Assembly (NCBI GenBank): GCA_951406725.2
Contig: OX597833.1
Coordinates: 4,526,001 to 4,590,000, forward strand
Source: Octopus vulgaris
Lineage: Eukaryota
Reading direction: 5' to 3'
Length of the DNA: 64,000 nt
The position numbers and the translations under genes were made by a program. Positions 37,101-45,146 of the stretch are shown here, piece after piece; positions within the stretch are counted from its first letter, which is position 1, and every line of letters starts with the position of its first letter. The notes under the pieces are model-generated. The model was given only the letters and a program-made list of their open reading frames with translations. It had not been told where the DNA came from and did no database searches.

Positions 37101-40100
37101 TTATCTTTTACTTCATTCAGTCATTGCCCTGCGGCCATGCTGGAGCTCCATCTTGACAGGTTTAATCGAATCAAATCTACCCTAGCACCTTTTTCCCCCC
37201 TAAAGTCTGGTCCTTATTTTATTGATTTCTTATGCCAAACCACTAAGTTATGGGGACGTAAACAAACCAACACTTGTCAACTGGTAGGGGAGGGACAAAC
37301 ACATACACTTTGGAGGGAATATTCATATTAAATTAATAGAAAGTGGCGAACTGGCAGAATCGTTAGCATGCCGGACAAACTGTTTAGCAGCATTTCGTCC
37401 GTCTTTACGTTCTGAGTTCAAATTCCACTGAAGTCGACTTTGCCTTTCATCCTTTCAAGGGCAATAAAATAGGTACTAGTTGAGCACTAGGGTTGATTTG
37501 ATTGACTTAGCCCTGTCCCCAGGAAATTGCTGGCCTTGTACCAAAATTTGAAACCAATATCAAAATATCATATTTCCATTTAATAACATTTAAGCGTTTA
37601 CATATTCGTTTCGCTCATTCGGAATACACACGTCCATTTTTGTATATTCCCCCCCGGATCATTTTCGTTTCAGCATTAGTCCCAACGATATATGTACCCA
37701 AAACCAAAAACCACCACACATTATATACGTATTTGCATATATATATATATATACACATACATTACATGTATACACACGTGCGCATTTGCCCATGTAAATA
37801 TTTATACATACATACAATGTGGGTGAAGGTAAAAACACACACACTTGATGTTTAGGGTTAGGGTTACGCCGAAAACGGGTGGTGTGCGTGTTGTTTACCT
37901 CCACCCTATACACAAATATTATTTACGGAGTCTCTATTCCAAATCATGCTTCATCACAACAATATCTTATCTTTTTAATTATCATCTGTGATTACTCAAC
38001 AGTTTTCGTCGTAAATAGGGGATGTATAAAAATATCATGGCTTATAGGGAATACCGAAACGAAAACATAATGTTGTTTACCAGAGAGATATGTTAATGCT
38101 GCGATTCCAAACACAGAAAGTCTATACTTTCTGCCAATCATTATACATCGTTACATCTCTTATATATAATTTATTACTGCTGTTTTTTAATGTTATCAAC
38201 AAAACCGTAATCTACACCCTCCCAAACATGTAAGCGAACTTACTATTACCTAGAACATTCCAAAGAATATTCTAGATTAAAGGTAAATATCGTTAAAACC
38301 CAAATAATGCCCCAGGGAAGGGGCACTGGGCTGGCTAAACAACACAGCAGATATTCTGTGCTTTCGTGGGATTATACAGATAACTGGTTCTCCATAAAGT
38401 AAAAATGAGAATGAAAAGTTGTTTTTGGTAAGATATTAAAAATATCAAGAAAAAGCCAGTGTTTTAGGATCAGTTCAAAAAGCCTATGGATAAGTTTAAT
38501 AATTTTCTATGATGAGACCCTAACTCAGCCCCAAATTCGTAAAGCAAAATCGAGATTAGGGTCATTGACAGTATTCAACTAAAGTATCGGTGACCTAAGT
38601 TAAGTGATATCACCACAGACTTGAGCTCACCCACCCCCACGGCTTGTTTTACCTATAAATTGCCTTTAAAATGCATAATTTTTAATGAAATTTTCTGGTG
38701 ATATATTTTAGACATTGTAGATTATGATTATGTCGGGAAAAGTTGTAAAAATGTTTGGGTATGACATTAAACTGCATCCGATGATGAGGATCCAGTTTGG
38801 TTGTTCTGGAGTCGTAGGAACGAGGGGTCACCCCTTTCATTATCATTATTCCCAGGTCCTTTCTGACCCGGAACAGTGGTAGACAGACAGGTAGATAGAC
38901 AGACAGACAGATAGATAGAGGGGGGACCGGTGCTTTACCATCTTCATAAGAAAAAAAGCAAAAAACCTTATGGAAACGTTTCATAATTCTTTAACAGTTC
39001 TCTTTGAGTTGGCTCTGAGCCAAGTCCAAAGCTGCTGCTATAACAAGCTTTTTTATATAATAATATACTTCGCTGACAAGAGACGGGCCACGAGGCTCCC
39101 GATTTCGAGGTTTGCAGAACCTAAAATAACATCTTAGATTGCTTGAGGGCCAGAAATTAATACAAGGAGAATATAATCGATTGAAGGGACCTCAATACAT
39201 GAAATGCAATTTTTTATTATCTCCGTCCCAAGGTGGAAAGAAAAATAAAGTTGACGTCAACAGGATGTGAACGTAGAACAAGGTGCGACAGAAAACGTGT
39301 TACAGGATTTCGTCCTTTGAATCTCCATTAAAAGCAAACCATAGTTTTTTTTATATTTTATATTTTTGCCAGTTTTTTACGAAATTACTTGGATATTCTT
39401 CACATTTACCAAATTGATATTTCGTCCGCTGTCCTGGCATTTCTGACATACAACTGTTATAATCGGTGGAGCAACAATGGTAATTGTATCTAACATGGAC
39501 ACAAAGGTACGAAATTTGGAGGGAAGACACATGATATATATATCCCAGTACTAGTCTGGTATTTTACTTATTATCATCGACCCTGGATAGTTAAAAAAGA
39601 AAAATTGGCGACAGCCGAATTTGAACACAGAACATAAAGATATTTCTTTACTACCCACAAGGGGCTAAACATAAAGGGGACAAACAGGGATAGATAAAGG
39701 GATAAAGTCGATTACATCCACCCCAGTGCTTGACTGGTATTTAATTAATCGACCCCGAAAGGATGAAAGGCAAAGTTGACCTCGGCGGAATTTGAACTCA
39801 GAACGTAAAAACAGACGAAATACAGAACATAAAGAGCCAAAAGGAATACAGCAAAGCATTTCGTGATCTTACCATTCTTTCAGTCCACCACCTTTGAATA
39901 ATGGGTTTTAATTTAGGCACAAACCCAGTACTTTTGAGGGGAGGGGTAGTCGATACCATCGATCCAAGTATTTGGCCGATATATTGTATTCTGAAAGGAT
40001 GAAAGGCAAGGCTGACTTCGGCGTGGTTTGAACCTCAGAACATAAAGAACCAGCAAAGCATTTCGTGATCTTACCATTCTTTGAACCCACCACCTTTGAA

Positions 40101-40512
40101 TAATGGGTTTTAATTTAGCCACAAACGGAGTACTTTTGAGGGGAGGGGCTAATCGATCCAAGTATTTGACCGATATATTGTATTATGAACGGATGAAAAG
40201 CAAGGCCGACTTCGGCGTGGTTTGAACCTCGGAACTTGAGAGTCAAAAGAAATACAGAGAGGCAGGATTCTGACCATTAAAGGGCCTGACAATACACTGC
40301 AATTAATAATGATAATAGTAATGATATTATTGCGATGATGATGTTTTGATAAAAGAAGAAAGAAAGGTGGTGGGACTCACCTCAACGAGAGAGAAATTGA
40401 TCTCGACGTCGGACTTAACGAAACCTCCGCACCCCAAGACACTGTCACAGAGGGACCTTGTGGGAATGTAAATAAATAAGAAGAGAAAACAGGTCAGCAT
40501 TTCCCCCACCAT
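1130..40512 (-). CDS. NOMO1: Nodal modulator (NOMO1/2/3 orthologue; BOS complex subunit), 26 coding exons in window, 3' end beyond left edge
   Basis: Manually spliced 26 GT-AG exons with consistent phases (3015 nt = 1005 codons, no stops). Signal peptide followed by the NOMO signature GCGGFVKSDVEINFSLVE-MKLYTLQGSIKYQTDCAPNNGYYLVPLYDKGDFILQVEPPPGWSFEP; later IPFYKGEHITFDV and SPGRYFLRPMMKEYRFEP motifs. Confidence 0.96.
1500..1878 (-). mobile_element. tRNA-derived SINE family A (CORE-like domain, central TA/TG microsatellite)
   Basis: Head GGAGTGGCTGTGTGGTAAG (A box) ... GGTTCAGTCCC (B box), CTTGGGCAAGT motif, tail GACTGAAACAAGTAAAAGAGTAAAAG; near-identical copies at 23489-23878, 42262-42668, 47389-47769, 49099-49498. 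Confidence 0.85.
1894..2122. mobile_element. Old piggyBac-type MITE
   Basis: (T)CAA-CCCTTT...GGG-TTAA termini; homologous to 11958-12185 (TTAACCCTTTAG...CTAAAGGGTTAA) and truncated 12352-12546. Confidence 0.6.
2200..2585 (-). mobile_element. tRNA-derived SINE family B with 12-bp TSD
   Basis: Head GGAGGCGCAATGGCCCAGTGGTTAGGGCAGCGGACTCGC...GGTTTCGATTCCC; TSD ACTTGCAGGACA at 2188-2199 and 2586-2597; other copies at 26921-27307, 58152-58536, partial 21939-22130 and 27770-28060. Confidence 0.88.
2641..2782 (-). CDS. NOMO1: NOMO exon 25
   Basis: ttacag|CYGRVSSLNGEPEPGVLVEAVSVSGSVQYQEESKTEQDGTYRIRGLS|gtgagt. Confidence 0.95.
3061..3581 (-). mobile_element. SINE family A with family D fragment nested in its central microsatellite
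   Basis: A tail 3061-3250, D fragment (+) 3262-3420, A head 3418-3581; same arrangement with two D copies at 10212-11005. Confidence 0.7.
3733..3860 (-). CDS. NOMO1: NOMO exon 24
   Basis: ctgcag|SPGRYFLRPMMKEYRFEPASQMISVEEGTRINVNIKGFREAY|gtaact. Confidence 0.95.
4161..4277 (-). CDS. NOMO1: NOMO exon 23
   Basis: ttacag|VVDENNNYLSSVLLSLSGDNQYRSNNLIKENGIMVFSSL|gtaagt. Confidence 0.94.
4325..4878 (-). mobile_element. Non-coding retroelement (family E) embedded in (TAA)n
   Basis: Flanked on both sides by (ATT)n; second, truncated copy at 30217-30660 also (ATT)n-flanked and sharing the same terminus (TGAGTGAGAGAGCAGTG). Confidence 0.7.
4930..5175 (-). mobile_element. 3' fragment of R4/Dong-clade (restriction-like endonuclease) non-LTR retrotransposon
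   Basis: Minus-strand translation KTKAIIIPVLIGAFGTTPKMLPKRLE, frameshift, RIGIDSCIVDRQQKNAILYCSSILRKLLEI*, matching the RLE C-terminal IPVVIGALG...LQK...ILRKVL pattern; followed by (AAT)n. Confidence 0.7.
5274..5400 (-). CDS. NOMO1: NOMO exon 22
   Basis: ctgcag|LGPLHGDKKYSVEASKTGYVLTKDPQNPNNFKALQLGEISVT|gtaagg. Confidence 0.94.
5513..5833 (-). mobile_element. tRNA/CORE SINE sharing 3' tail with family B
   Basis: TGTGTCCTTGAGCAAGACACTTTATTTCAC domain; copies at 43214-43535 and 52425-53220 (the latter split by a piggyBac MITE); related head at 49555-49880. Confidence 0.75.
6011..6223 (+). mobile_element. Mariner internal-deletion derivative
   Basis: Degenerate TIRs (AGGGGCTACTGAAAAATTCCTGGC / GGCAGGGACTTTTCAGCAACCCTCG); remnant of transposase C-terminus EKLKDRCNK..NLRGGYVE*. 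Confidence 0.65.
6425..6704. repeat. ~140-bp-arm palindrome carrying two hammerhead-like motifs (Penelope-like inverted terminal remnant)
   Basis: Arms centred at 6564, flanked by (TA)n; each arm contains stem I TTTGTCA/TGACAAA, core GTGAACA, stem II GTCGC/GYGAC and GAAA. Confidence 0.8.
6748..6887. repeat. Inverted repeat, ~56-bp arms, TA-flanked
   Basis: 6748-6803 is the reverse complement of 6832-6887. Confidence 0.85.
8060..8530. repeat. Compound (TG)n/(GA)n microsatellite with a local duplication
   Basis: TG/GA runs; ACTTTCTGAGTATTTGT..GTAGGTTCACT unit occurs twice. Confidence 0.85.
8973..9303. mobile_element. hAT (Charlie-like) MITE
   Basis: TIRs CAGGAGTTCTCAACC / GGTTGAGAACCACAG next to a CCCTAGAT-type site; related left end at 28783. 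Confidence 0.6.
9395..9808. repeat. Polypyrimidine/polypurine low-complexity tract
   Basis: Over 400 bp of almost only C/T on +; opposite-polarity tracts at 18690-19150, 25565-26006 and 29470-29750. Confidence 0.9.
9858..10020 (-). CDS. NOMO1: NOMO exon 21
   Basis: tcgcag|ESCPGEVAHFVGKVGIFITGKIEPALQGVTVVVSCDDPVTMAPTTLLTDQDGVY|gtaaaa. Confidence 0.93.
11158..11240 (-). CDS. NOMO1: NOMO exon 20
   Basis: ttccag|NNEHLEIQVASDVLLFSPNHMEVTIQG|gtgagt. Confidence 0.91.
11291..11480. repeat. ~31-bp minisatellite, about 6 degenerate copies
   Basis: AACCATG(TCA/ATG)CAGTGAA......TTCAGTC repeated. Confidence 0.75.
11678..11830 (-). CDS. NOMO1: NOMO exon 19
   Basis: tttcag|SSLLKSPIVIGPLECDNPPKTESSDSEATDSDTQSEPAQTSFQYHFSYWA|gtatgt. 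Confidence 0.91.
12850..12948 (-). CDS. NOMO1: NOMO exon 18
   Basis: ttccag|SHPVVLSLTAVKHKMVGIITTEKLDKTIVVTL|gtaaga. Confidence 0.92.
13215..13395 (+). mobile_element. Penelope-like terminal fragment with degenerate hammerhead motif
   Basis: TCTTT-CTGTCGA-A-GAGC-CTAG-GCTC-GAAA-CATA-AAAGA, followed by TA microsatellite; related element at 34420-34620 (-). Confidence 0.55.
14154..14302 (-). CDS. NOMO1: NOMO exon 17
   Basis: ttgtag|NFAHENKEGSVGSFALKKGTNRFCLSQPGVYRLTTDSCHRFEKDIYTYD|gtaagt. Confidence 0.94.
14900..15335 (+). mobile_element. Degenerate 3' fragment of RTE-X-like LINE
   Basis: Translation LLGSEASWIQWKTFKCLRMRMG*PKVTFIR*NYKTSPITCQCGGADH, frameshift, LEHCLVYPL; resembles the C-terminal W..LNRLR.G...TC.CG....EH...CP region. 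Confidence 0.5.
15838..15974 (-). CDS. NOMO1: NOMO exon 16
   Basis: ccttag|VAPLQDNWCWKEKSQEIEITNKDVTGLEFSQTGFILKCGLSHEITL|gtcagt. Confidence 0.93.
16850..16913 (-). CDS. NOMO1: NOMO exon 15
   Basis: ttctag|LKDSPKKASFEFENILPGKYK|gtaaga. Confidence 0.91.
17606..17676 (-). CDS. NOMO1: NOMO exon 14
   Basis: tttcag|ENCGTIGLSLDPIGIGGEDKKVIM|gtaagt. Confidence 0.9.
18181..18322 (-). CDS. NOMO1: NOMO exon 13
   Basis: ttccag|AFLSTQEIKAGLHLYPSEKLVVVTNKPVKDVDFSQFRAKVSGVITCI|gtgagt. Confidence 0.93.
19178..19355 (-). CDS. NOMO1: NOMO exon 12
   Basis: tcgcag|FSVCGKVNIDEIPKGLDHMVYQRKVIAYTEDKAVKLLAVDTDMQGHFCAMFKPGKYIFK|gtattt. Confidence 0.92.
19680..20060 (+). mobile_element. Meta-domain SINE (family C), dimeric body
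   Basis: tRNA-like head (GAGTTCAAATTCC B box) and GCCTTTCATCCTTTCGGGGTCGATAAATTAAGTACCAG domain; copies at 520-730, 20860-21190, 32490-32710, 37340-37560, 39641-39821, 40742-41320, 59760-59960, 62485-62880, 62900-63130. Confidence 0.75.
20565..20764 (-). CDS. NOMO1: NOMO exon 11
   Basis: caaaag|GAGIGGAKVSVSGKQMAVTNEDGSYHLENMKAGKYTIQVMSEDIFFDEIMLKITPNTPHLHDIIAS|gtgagt. Confidence 0.93.
21768..21824 (-). CDS. NOMO1: NOMO exon 10
   Basis: ttccag|KEFQVAGFSVSGRILDSVK|gtaaga. Confidence 0.92.
22870..23082. repeat. ~99-bp-arm palindrome containing CTGATGA hammerhead half-core
   Basis: 22870-22968 is the reverse complement of 22984-23082. Confidence 0.85.
23145..23234 (-). CDS. NOMO1: NOMO exon 9
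   Basis: ctccag|IPFYKGEHITFDVVPEKMVFQVKHNSVILP|gtaagt. Confidence 0.94.
24264..24452. repeat. ~94-bp-arm palindrome with degenerate tRNA-like segment
   Basis: Arms centred at 24358; TA microsatellite on the right; further 40-bp inverted repeat at 23918-24080. Confidence 0.85.
25314..25442 (-). CDS. NOMO1: NOMO exon 8
   Basis: tctcag|LVTDCEKTPVKSLKNGDNSICHMSSKEDGTFSFASLPTGQYYL|gtgagg. Confidence 0.93.
26018..26092 (-). CDS. NOMO1: NOMO exon 7
   Basis: caacag|GHVFSEGEPIKGVNFLLYSDTVDPQ|gtaagt. Confidence 0.93.
26291..26912. mobile_element. pogo/Tigger-like MITE interrupted by a Helitron
   Basis: Right TIR ...ATATGGCGAGGGATTACAG-TA; degenerate left TIR near 26291; internal GCGATAGGTGAAAATCCGC. 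Confidence 0.5.
26434..26830 (+). mobile_element. Non-autonomous Helitron
   Basis: 5' TCTCTCTATATATAAA, 3' degenerate subterminal hairpin (CCCAAACAACGCCAAG) then CTAG, inserted between A and T with no TSD. Confidence 0.7.
27525..27602 (-). CDS. NOMO1: NOMO exon 6
   Basis: ttgcag|SEIKVTVGSDNVFISEDLVVAGYDVN|gtaagt. Confidence 0.92.
28602..28644 (+). ncRNA. Minimal type I hammerhead ribozyme motif (one core substitution)
   Basis: GTTAGG-CTGATGA-TGGCT-ATTG-AGCCA-GAAA-CATG-CC-CCTGAC; stems I and II pair; U16.1 is C. Confidence 0.6.
29823..29895 (-). CDS. NOMO1: NOMO exon 5
   Basis: tcacag|YYFRKVLPGDYIIKGQHPIWKFEK|gtaaaa. Confidence 0.93.
30725..31261. repeat. Two adjacent ~95-bp-arm inverted repeats
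   Basis: 30725-30819 vs 30957-31053, and 31063 to ~31160 vs ~31168-31261, separated by a TA run. Confidence 0.85.
31946..32052 (-). CDS. NOMO1: NOMO exon 4
   Basis: acacag|VLSKGEKTGPGNVKLSLMTSDGSEVLQTTVSKEGD|gtaagt. Confidence 0.93.
33462..33562 (-). CDS. NOMO1: NOMO exon 3
   Basis: tttcag|EPESVRLHVDGSTDKCSLGEDINFQFKGFSIRGM|gtaagt. Confidence 0.95.
35228..35363 (-). CDS. NOMO1: NOMO exon 2
   Basis: cttcag|MKLYTLQGSIKYQTDCAPNNGYYLVPLYDKGDFILQVEPPPGWSF|gtaagt. Confidence 0.95.
40381..40512 (-). CDS. NOMO1: NOMO exon 1 (signal peptide + GCGGFVK)
   Basis: MVGEMLTCFLFLFIYIPTRSLCDSVLGCGGFVKSDVEINFSLVE|gtgagt; the second Met (MLTC) is an alternative start. Confidence 0.92.
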
Positions 40513-40519
40513 TGTTTAA

Positions 40520-40700
40520 AAGAGGTATTTTCTGGTGGAAGCGGCGAGAGAGAGAAAAAAAGGGAGTCGACACAAAGGAGCCGAGACGAAGCAAAGACGG
40601 AGAGGAACTTCGGTCTGGAGGAGAGGAAAATCAGAGAAAGAAACCAGGGAAGCGCACTTCCGCCGCTTAAGTAGTCGCACTAGAGTTGTGTCCCCTTGGC
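40520..40700 (-). promoter_or_regulatory. Putative NOMO 5'UTR / TATA-less core promoter with ETS-like motif
   Basis: CpG-richer unique stretch directly upstream of the ATG; GCGGAAGTG (ETS/GABP-like) on the minus strand at about 40655-40663; typical of housekeeping promoters. TSS not determinable. Confidence 0.5.
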
Positions 40701-40741
40701 TAATTAGAAAAAACTTTCTACAATTACAGGCATTTCTATAT

Positions 40742-41320
40742 CGAGCTGGCAGAGACGTTAGCACGCCGGGCGAAATGCGTAGCCGTATGTCATCTGTCGT
40801 TACGTTCTGAGTTCAAATTCCGCCGAGGTCGACTTTGCCTTTTATTTTTTTCGGCGGTCGATAAATTAAGTACCAGTTACGCACTGGGGTCGATGTAATC
40901 GACTTAATCCGTCTGTCTGTCCTTGTTTGTCCCCTCTATGTTTAGCCCCTTGTGGGTAGTAAAGAAATAGGTATTTCGTCTGCCGCTACGTTCTGAGTTC
41001 AAATTCCGCCGAGGTCGACTGTGCCTTTCATCCTTTCGGGGGTCGATAAATTAAGTACCAGTTACGCACTGAGGTCGATATAATCGACTTAATCCGTTTG
41101 TCCCCTCTGTGTTTAGCCCCTTGTGGGTAGTAAAGAAATAGTATTTCGTCTGTCATTACGTCCTGAGTTCAAATTCCGCCGAGGTCGACTTTGCTTTTCA
41201 TCCTTTCGGGGGTCGATAAATAAAGTACCAGTTACGCACTGGAGTCGATTTAATCGACTTAATACTTTGTCCTTGTTTGTCCCCTCTATGTTTAGCCCCT
41301 TGTGGGTAGCAAAGAAATAT
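40742..41320 (+). mobile_element. Tandem trimer of Meta-domain SINE body upstream of NOMO promoter
   Basis: One head plus three ~170-185-bp units joined at AAGAAATA(G)|GTATTTCGTC; CpGs largely intact. Confidence 0.85.
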
Positions 41321-43725
41321 ATATTCTCACATTGAGAACAGCCTAGGAGGAAAAAGGAGGAGGTGGTGGTGGTGGTGGTGATGATGATGATGATGATGAT
41401 TGCTTCTGATTTAGGCACACGGCCAGCAATGTTGAGAGAAGCCGGTGGTCGATACCATCGACTCCAGTACTTGATTGGTAACTTAGATAGGTTTTGGCCA
41501 GTATTGGCCCCCAGGCCATGTCTACTTTATTTTATCAACCCCTACGGGATGAAAAGCAAATTTGATTTATTGACCCCAAAAGGATGAACGGCAAAGTTGA
41601 CTTCGGCGGAATTTGAACTCAGAACGTAGTGATGGACGAAATACTGCTAAGCATATCGTCCAGGGTGCTAACGTTTCTGCCAGCTCACCACCTTCATCAT
41701 CATCATCATCATCAGCGTTTAACGTCCGTTTTCCATGCTGGCATGGGTTGGACGGTTTGACTGAGGTCTGGAGAGCCAGTGGCTGCACCAGGCTCCAATC
41801 TGATCTGGCAATGTTTCTACAGCTGGATGCCCTTCCTAACGCCAACCACTCCGAGAGTGTAGTGGGTGCTTTTTATGTGTCACCGGCACAGGAGCCAGTC
41901 AGACGGCACTGGCATCAACATGTTTGGCCAGTGCTTTTCACATGCCACCGTGACCGTTAACCACCAATTTAGGCAGTTTATTCCATTCACTGAAATACTT
42001 CAAACTAAATATATATGACCAGGTTTGAATGGTCACTTTAACAAGTTTATTTTGTAAATGTGTGTTTTTGAGTTCAAATCTTATGTGAATTTAATCAAAT
42101 AGTGTTAAGAAAATATTGGGGTGAATTGGTAGTCGTTAGAGCATCAGATAAGAAAGCTTAGTGTTGTTAGTTTTGCTCTCTGTGTTCTGAGTTCTAATCC
42201 TACTGAGGTATCAATTTAGCTTTTCATTCTTATGGGACCAATAAATAAAGTACCACTTATATAGGCGCAGGAGTGGCTGTGTGGTGAGTAGCTTGCTAAC
42301 CAACCACATGGTTCCAGGTTCAGTCCCACTGCGTGGCATCTTGGGCAAGTGTCTTCTACTATAGCCTCGGGCCGACCAAAGCCTTGTGAGTGGATTTGGT
42401 AGACAGAAACTGAAAGAAGCCTGTCGTATATATGTATATATATATATGTATGTGTGTGTGTGTTTGTGTGTCTGTGTTTGTCACCCTAGCATTGCTTGAC
42501 AACCGATGCTGGTGTGTTTACGTCCCCGTCACTTAGCGGTTTGGCAAAAGAGACCGATAGAATAAGTACTGGGCTTACAAAGAATAAGTTCCAGGGTCGA
42601 TTTGCTCGACTAAAGGCGGTGCTCCAGCATGGTCACAGTCAAATGACTGAAACAAGTAAGAGAGTAAAGTTATGTATGGTGGAGCTAACCACTTCTTTCT
42701 CTGCATCACTTACATTGCAATGTGACGGGTCAACAAGGACTGCTTAAAGCCAATGCCATCTAAGGTCATGGGCACACAGGGCACTTGCCCTGGGACCCAA
42801 TTCTAATTTATGTATGCTGTGGCACACTCGTATATTGTGTATGCAGTGGGGTCTGGTGCATAGCATTGCCAGGTGTGGTGGTGTGTGTGGGGAGGCTATG
42901 ATACTACTTAGATGGTTCGGTTCATAAGGTCCCTTCTCCGTTCCCTCTGAAGAAAAGGGGAGGAAGAGAGCAGCATCCTCTTCACAAGAAAATTTCACAT
43001 AGAAAATTTAAAACAAAACGGGTTTCATGACTAAAATACTCAAAGGAAAGACTACCAGAACATACGGGATGCAGTCGTCTTCTACAGACCTTGCCTTAGG
43101 ACCATACGAAGAATTTCTTGGTGCAGCTGTTTTATTCAAAATTTCTATTTCCGTTGAGTATGCAAATTTATAAGTTAAACATATTAAATTGGCAACCCTT
43201 GTCTGGCCATATAGGAGCACTCTGTCAGTTACGACGACAAGGGTTCCAGCTGATACGATCAACAGAACAGCCTGCTCGTAAAATTAACGTGCAAGTGGCT
43301 GAGCACTCCACAGACATGTGTAACCCTAACGTAGTTCTCAGGGGGATTCAGCATGACACAGAGTGTGACAAGGCTGGCCCTTTGAAATACAGGTACAACT
43401 CATTTTTGCCAGCTGAGTGGACTGGAGCAACGTGAAATAAAGTGTCTTGCTCAAGGACATAAGGTGTCACTGGGAATTGAACTCACGACCTTACAATCGT
43501 GAGCCGAATGCCTTAACCACTAAGCTATGTGCCTTCTGGCCATATATATTTAGGTTGAAACACAGAACAAACTACCTGCATCAGTTGTCAGGACAGAGCA
43601 TCCTCCAAAAATTCCATGCTTTCCAAAATTCACCAACGTTCCTCCTGCAATTCTTTCCTTTTCACAATTCTTTTACTGTTCACTTTCCTGCCTTTTTTGT
43701 ATTTCATTGTTTACTGTGCATGTAT

Positions 43726-44209
43726 TTAACCCTTTCGTTACCAACCCGACTGAAACTGCCTCAGGCTCTGTAGTACAAATGTCTTGTTTTCAAAAGTTCT
43801 GAATCAAAATCTTCCACCAAACCTTAAGTCACAATTTATGTTCCTAACACTAGCTTAATGATAACTAAGTTATTTTACTAAATTCTTTGTTATATTTAAA
43901 GTGAATTGAAAGAAACACAGAGCATCTCAACAGAAATATGGTAACAAAAGGATTAAAATATATAATAGAGAAACGATTCTTAATCTTTTTGATACCAACC
44001 TGGCTGAAACCACAACTGGCTCTGTAGTATTGTAGTCTTGTTTTCATAAGTTCTGAATTAAAATCTTCCACCAAACCTTAGTCTCAATTTATGTTCCTAA
44101 CACTAGCTTAATGATAACTAAGTTATTTTACTAAATTCTTTGTTATATTTAAGATTAATTGAAAGAAACACAGAGCACCTCAAAATAAATACAGTAACGA
44201 AAGGGTTAA
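43726..44209. mobile_element. Dimeric piggyBac-type MITE
   Basis: TTAA-CCCTTTCGTTAC...GTAACGAAAGGG-TTAA; two ~225-bp units with a fixed spacer. Confidence 0.85.
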
Positions 44210-44915
44210 GGTATTCATTGCTGTCTCTCCCTACTTGACTTATAGCAGCTTTCTGTCCCTCTTTTAACCTTTTCCAGCAAGCTGTAGTGCCCCAGAACAC
44301 TGTACACAATAAACCCATTATTAGTATTCCTATTATGGTTGCATTATCATCATCGTTTAAAGACCACTTTCCATGCTGGCATGGGTTGGACAGTTTGACT
44401 GAAAACTCGTAAGCCAGGGATGGCAGGGGGACTGTTACACTGGGTCCCAACCTGATTTGGTGAGGTTTCTACGGTTGGATGCCCTTCCAAATGCCAACAA
44501 CTCCAAGAGTGTAGTGGGTGCATTTTATGTGCAACTGACCTGACACCAGCATCAGCCATGACTATGGAAACACTTGGCTTGACAGAGCAACACAAGCAAA
44601 GTGTATGCAGTCCAAGAATTTGGACCTGGAGATCTCCATTTCCAGTGACTTCGAGGGCCACCTCTCAGTGGTGTTGGGCATCAACAAAGAACCCTCGATT
44701 ACAAGACAACCAAAGTTTTTATTTTTCCCAAGGTCTGGGGTCTCCCGCCCCTAAGCCCTAGACCATCACCTAACCACCCTTACCTGTCTTGTTGCTTAGC
44801 AACAACAAAGTGTATCGCCAAGGGTCTTGGTCACTTGTCACTACCTTCATGAGGCCCAATGCTCAAATGGTACCTTTTTACGTTCTGCCAGTCAGACGGC
44901 ACTAGCATCGGCCAC

Positions 44916-45146
44916 TAGCATTTACCATGCTACGCCAGACTTCACAGTCCATCATGGCATTATGGAGGTCCTGTTGCTGGATGCCTGTATCCCTAGAGAT
45001 TACATCACACTCTCCTACCCTGATGTAATCTCCAGGGATACAGGCATCCAGCAACAGGACCTCCGTAATGCCATGATGGACCGTGAAGTCTGGCGTAGCA
45101 TGATAAATTCCATTGTCTCGACCATGGTCGAACAATGATGATGATG
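44916..45146 (+). mobile_element. RTE-like LINE 3' end with fold-back inversion and 9-bp TSD
   Basis: TLSYPDVISRDTGIQQQDLRNAMMDREVWRSMINSIVSTMVEQ* plus (TGA)n tail; 44926-45007 is an inverted copy of 45021-45102; TSD ATCGGCCAC. Confidence 0.75.

Noticed and set aside
38508-38630. ATGATGA (box C-like) followed by a hairpin in NOMO intron 1, possible C/D snoRNA
   Set aside because: No suitably placed CTGA box D or terminal stem; TGATGA is very common here because of repeat tails.
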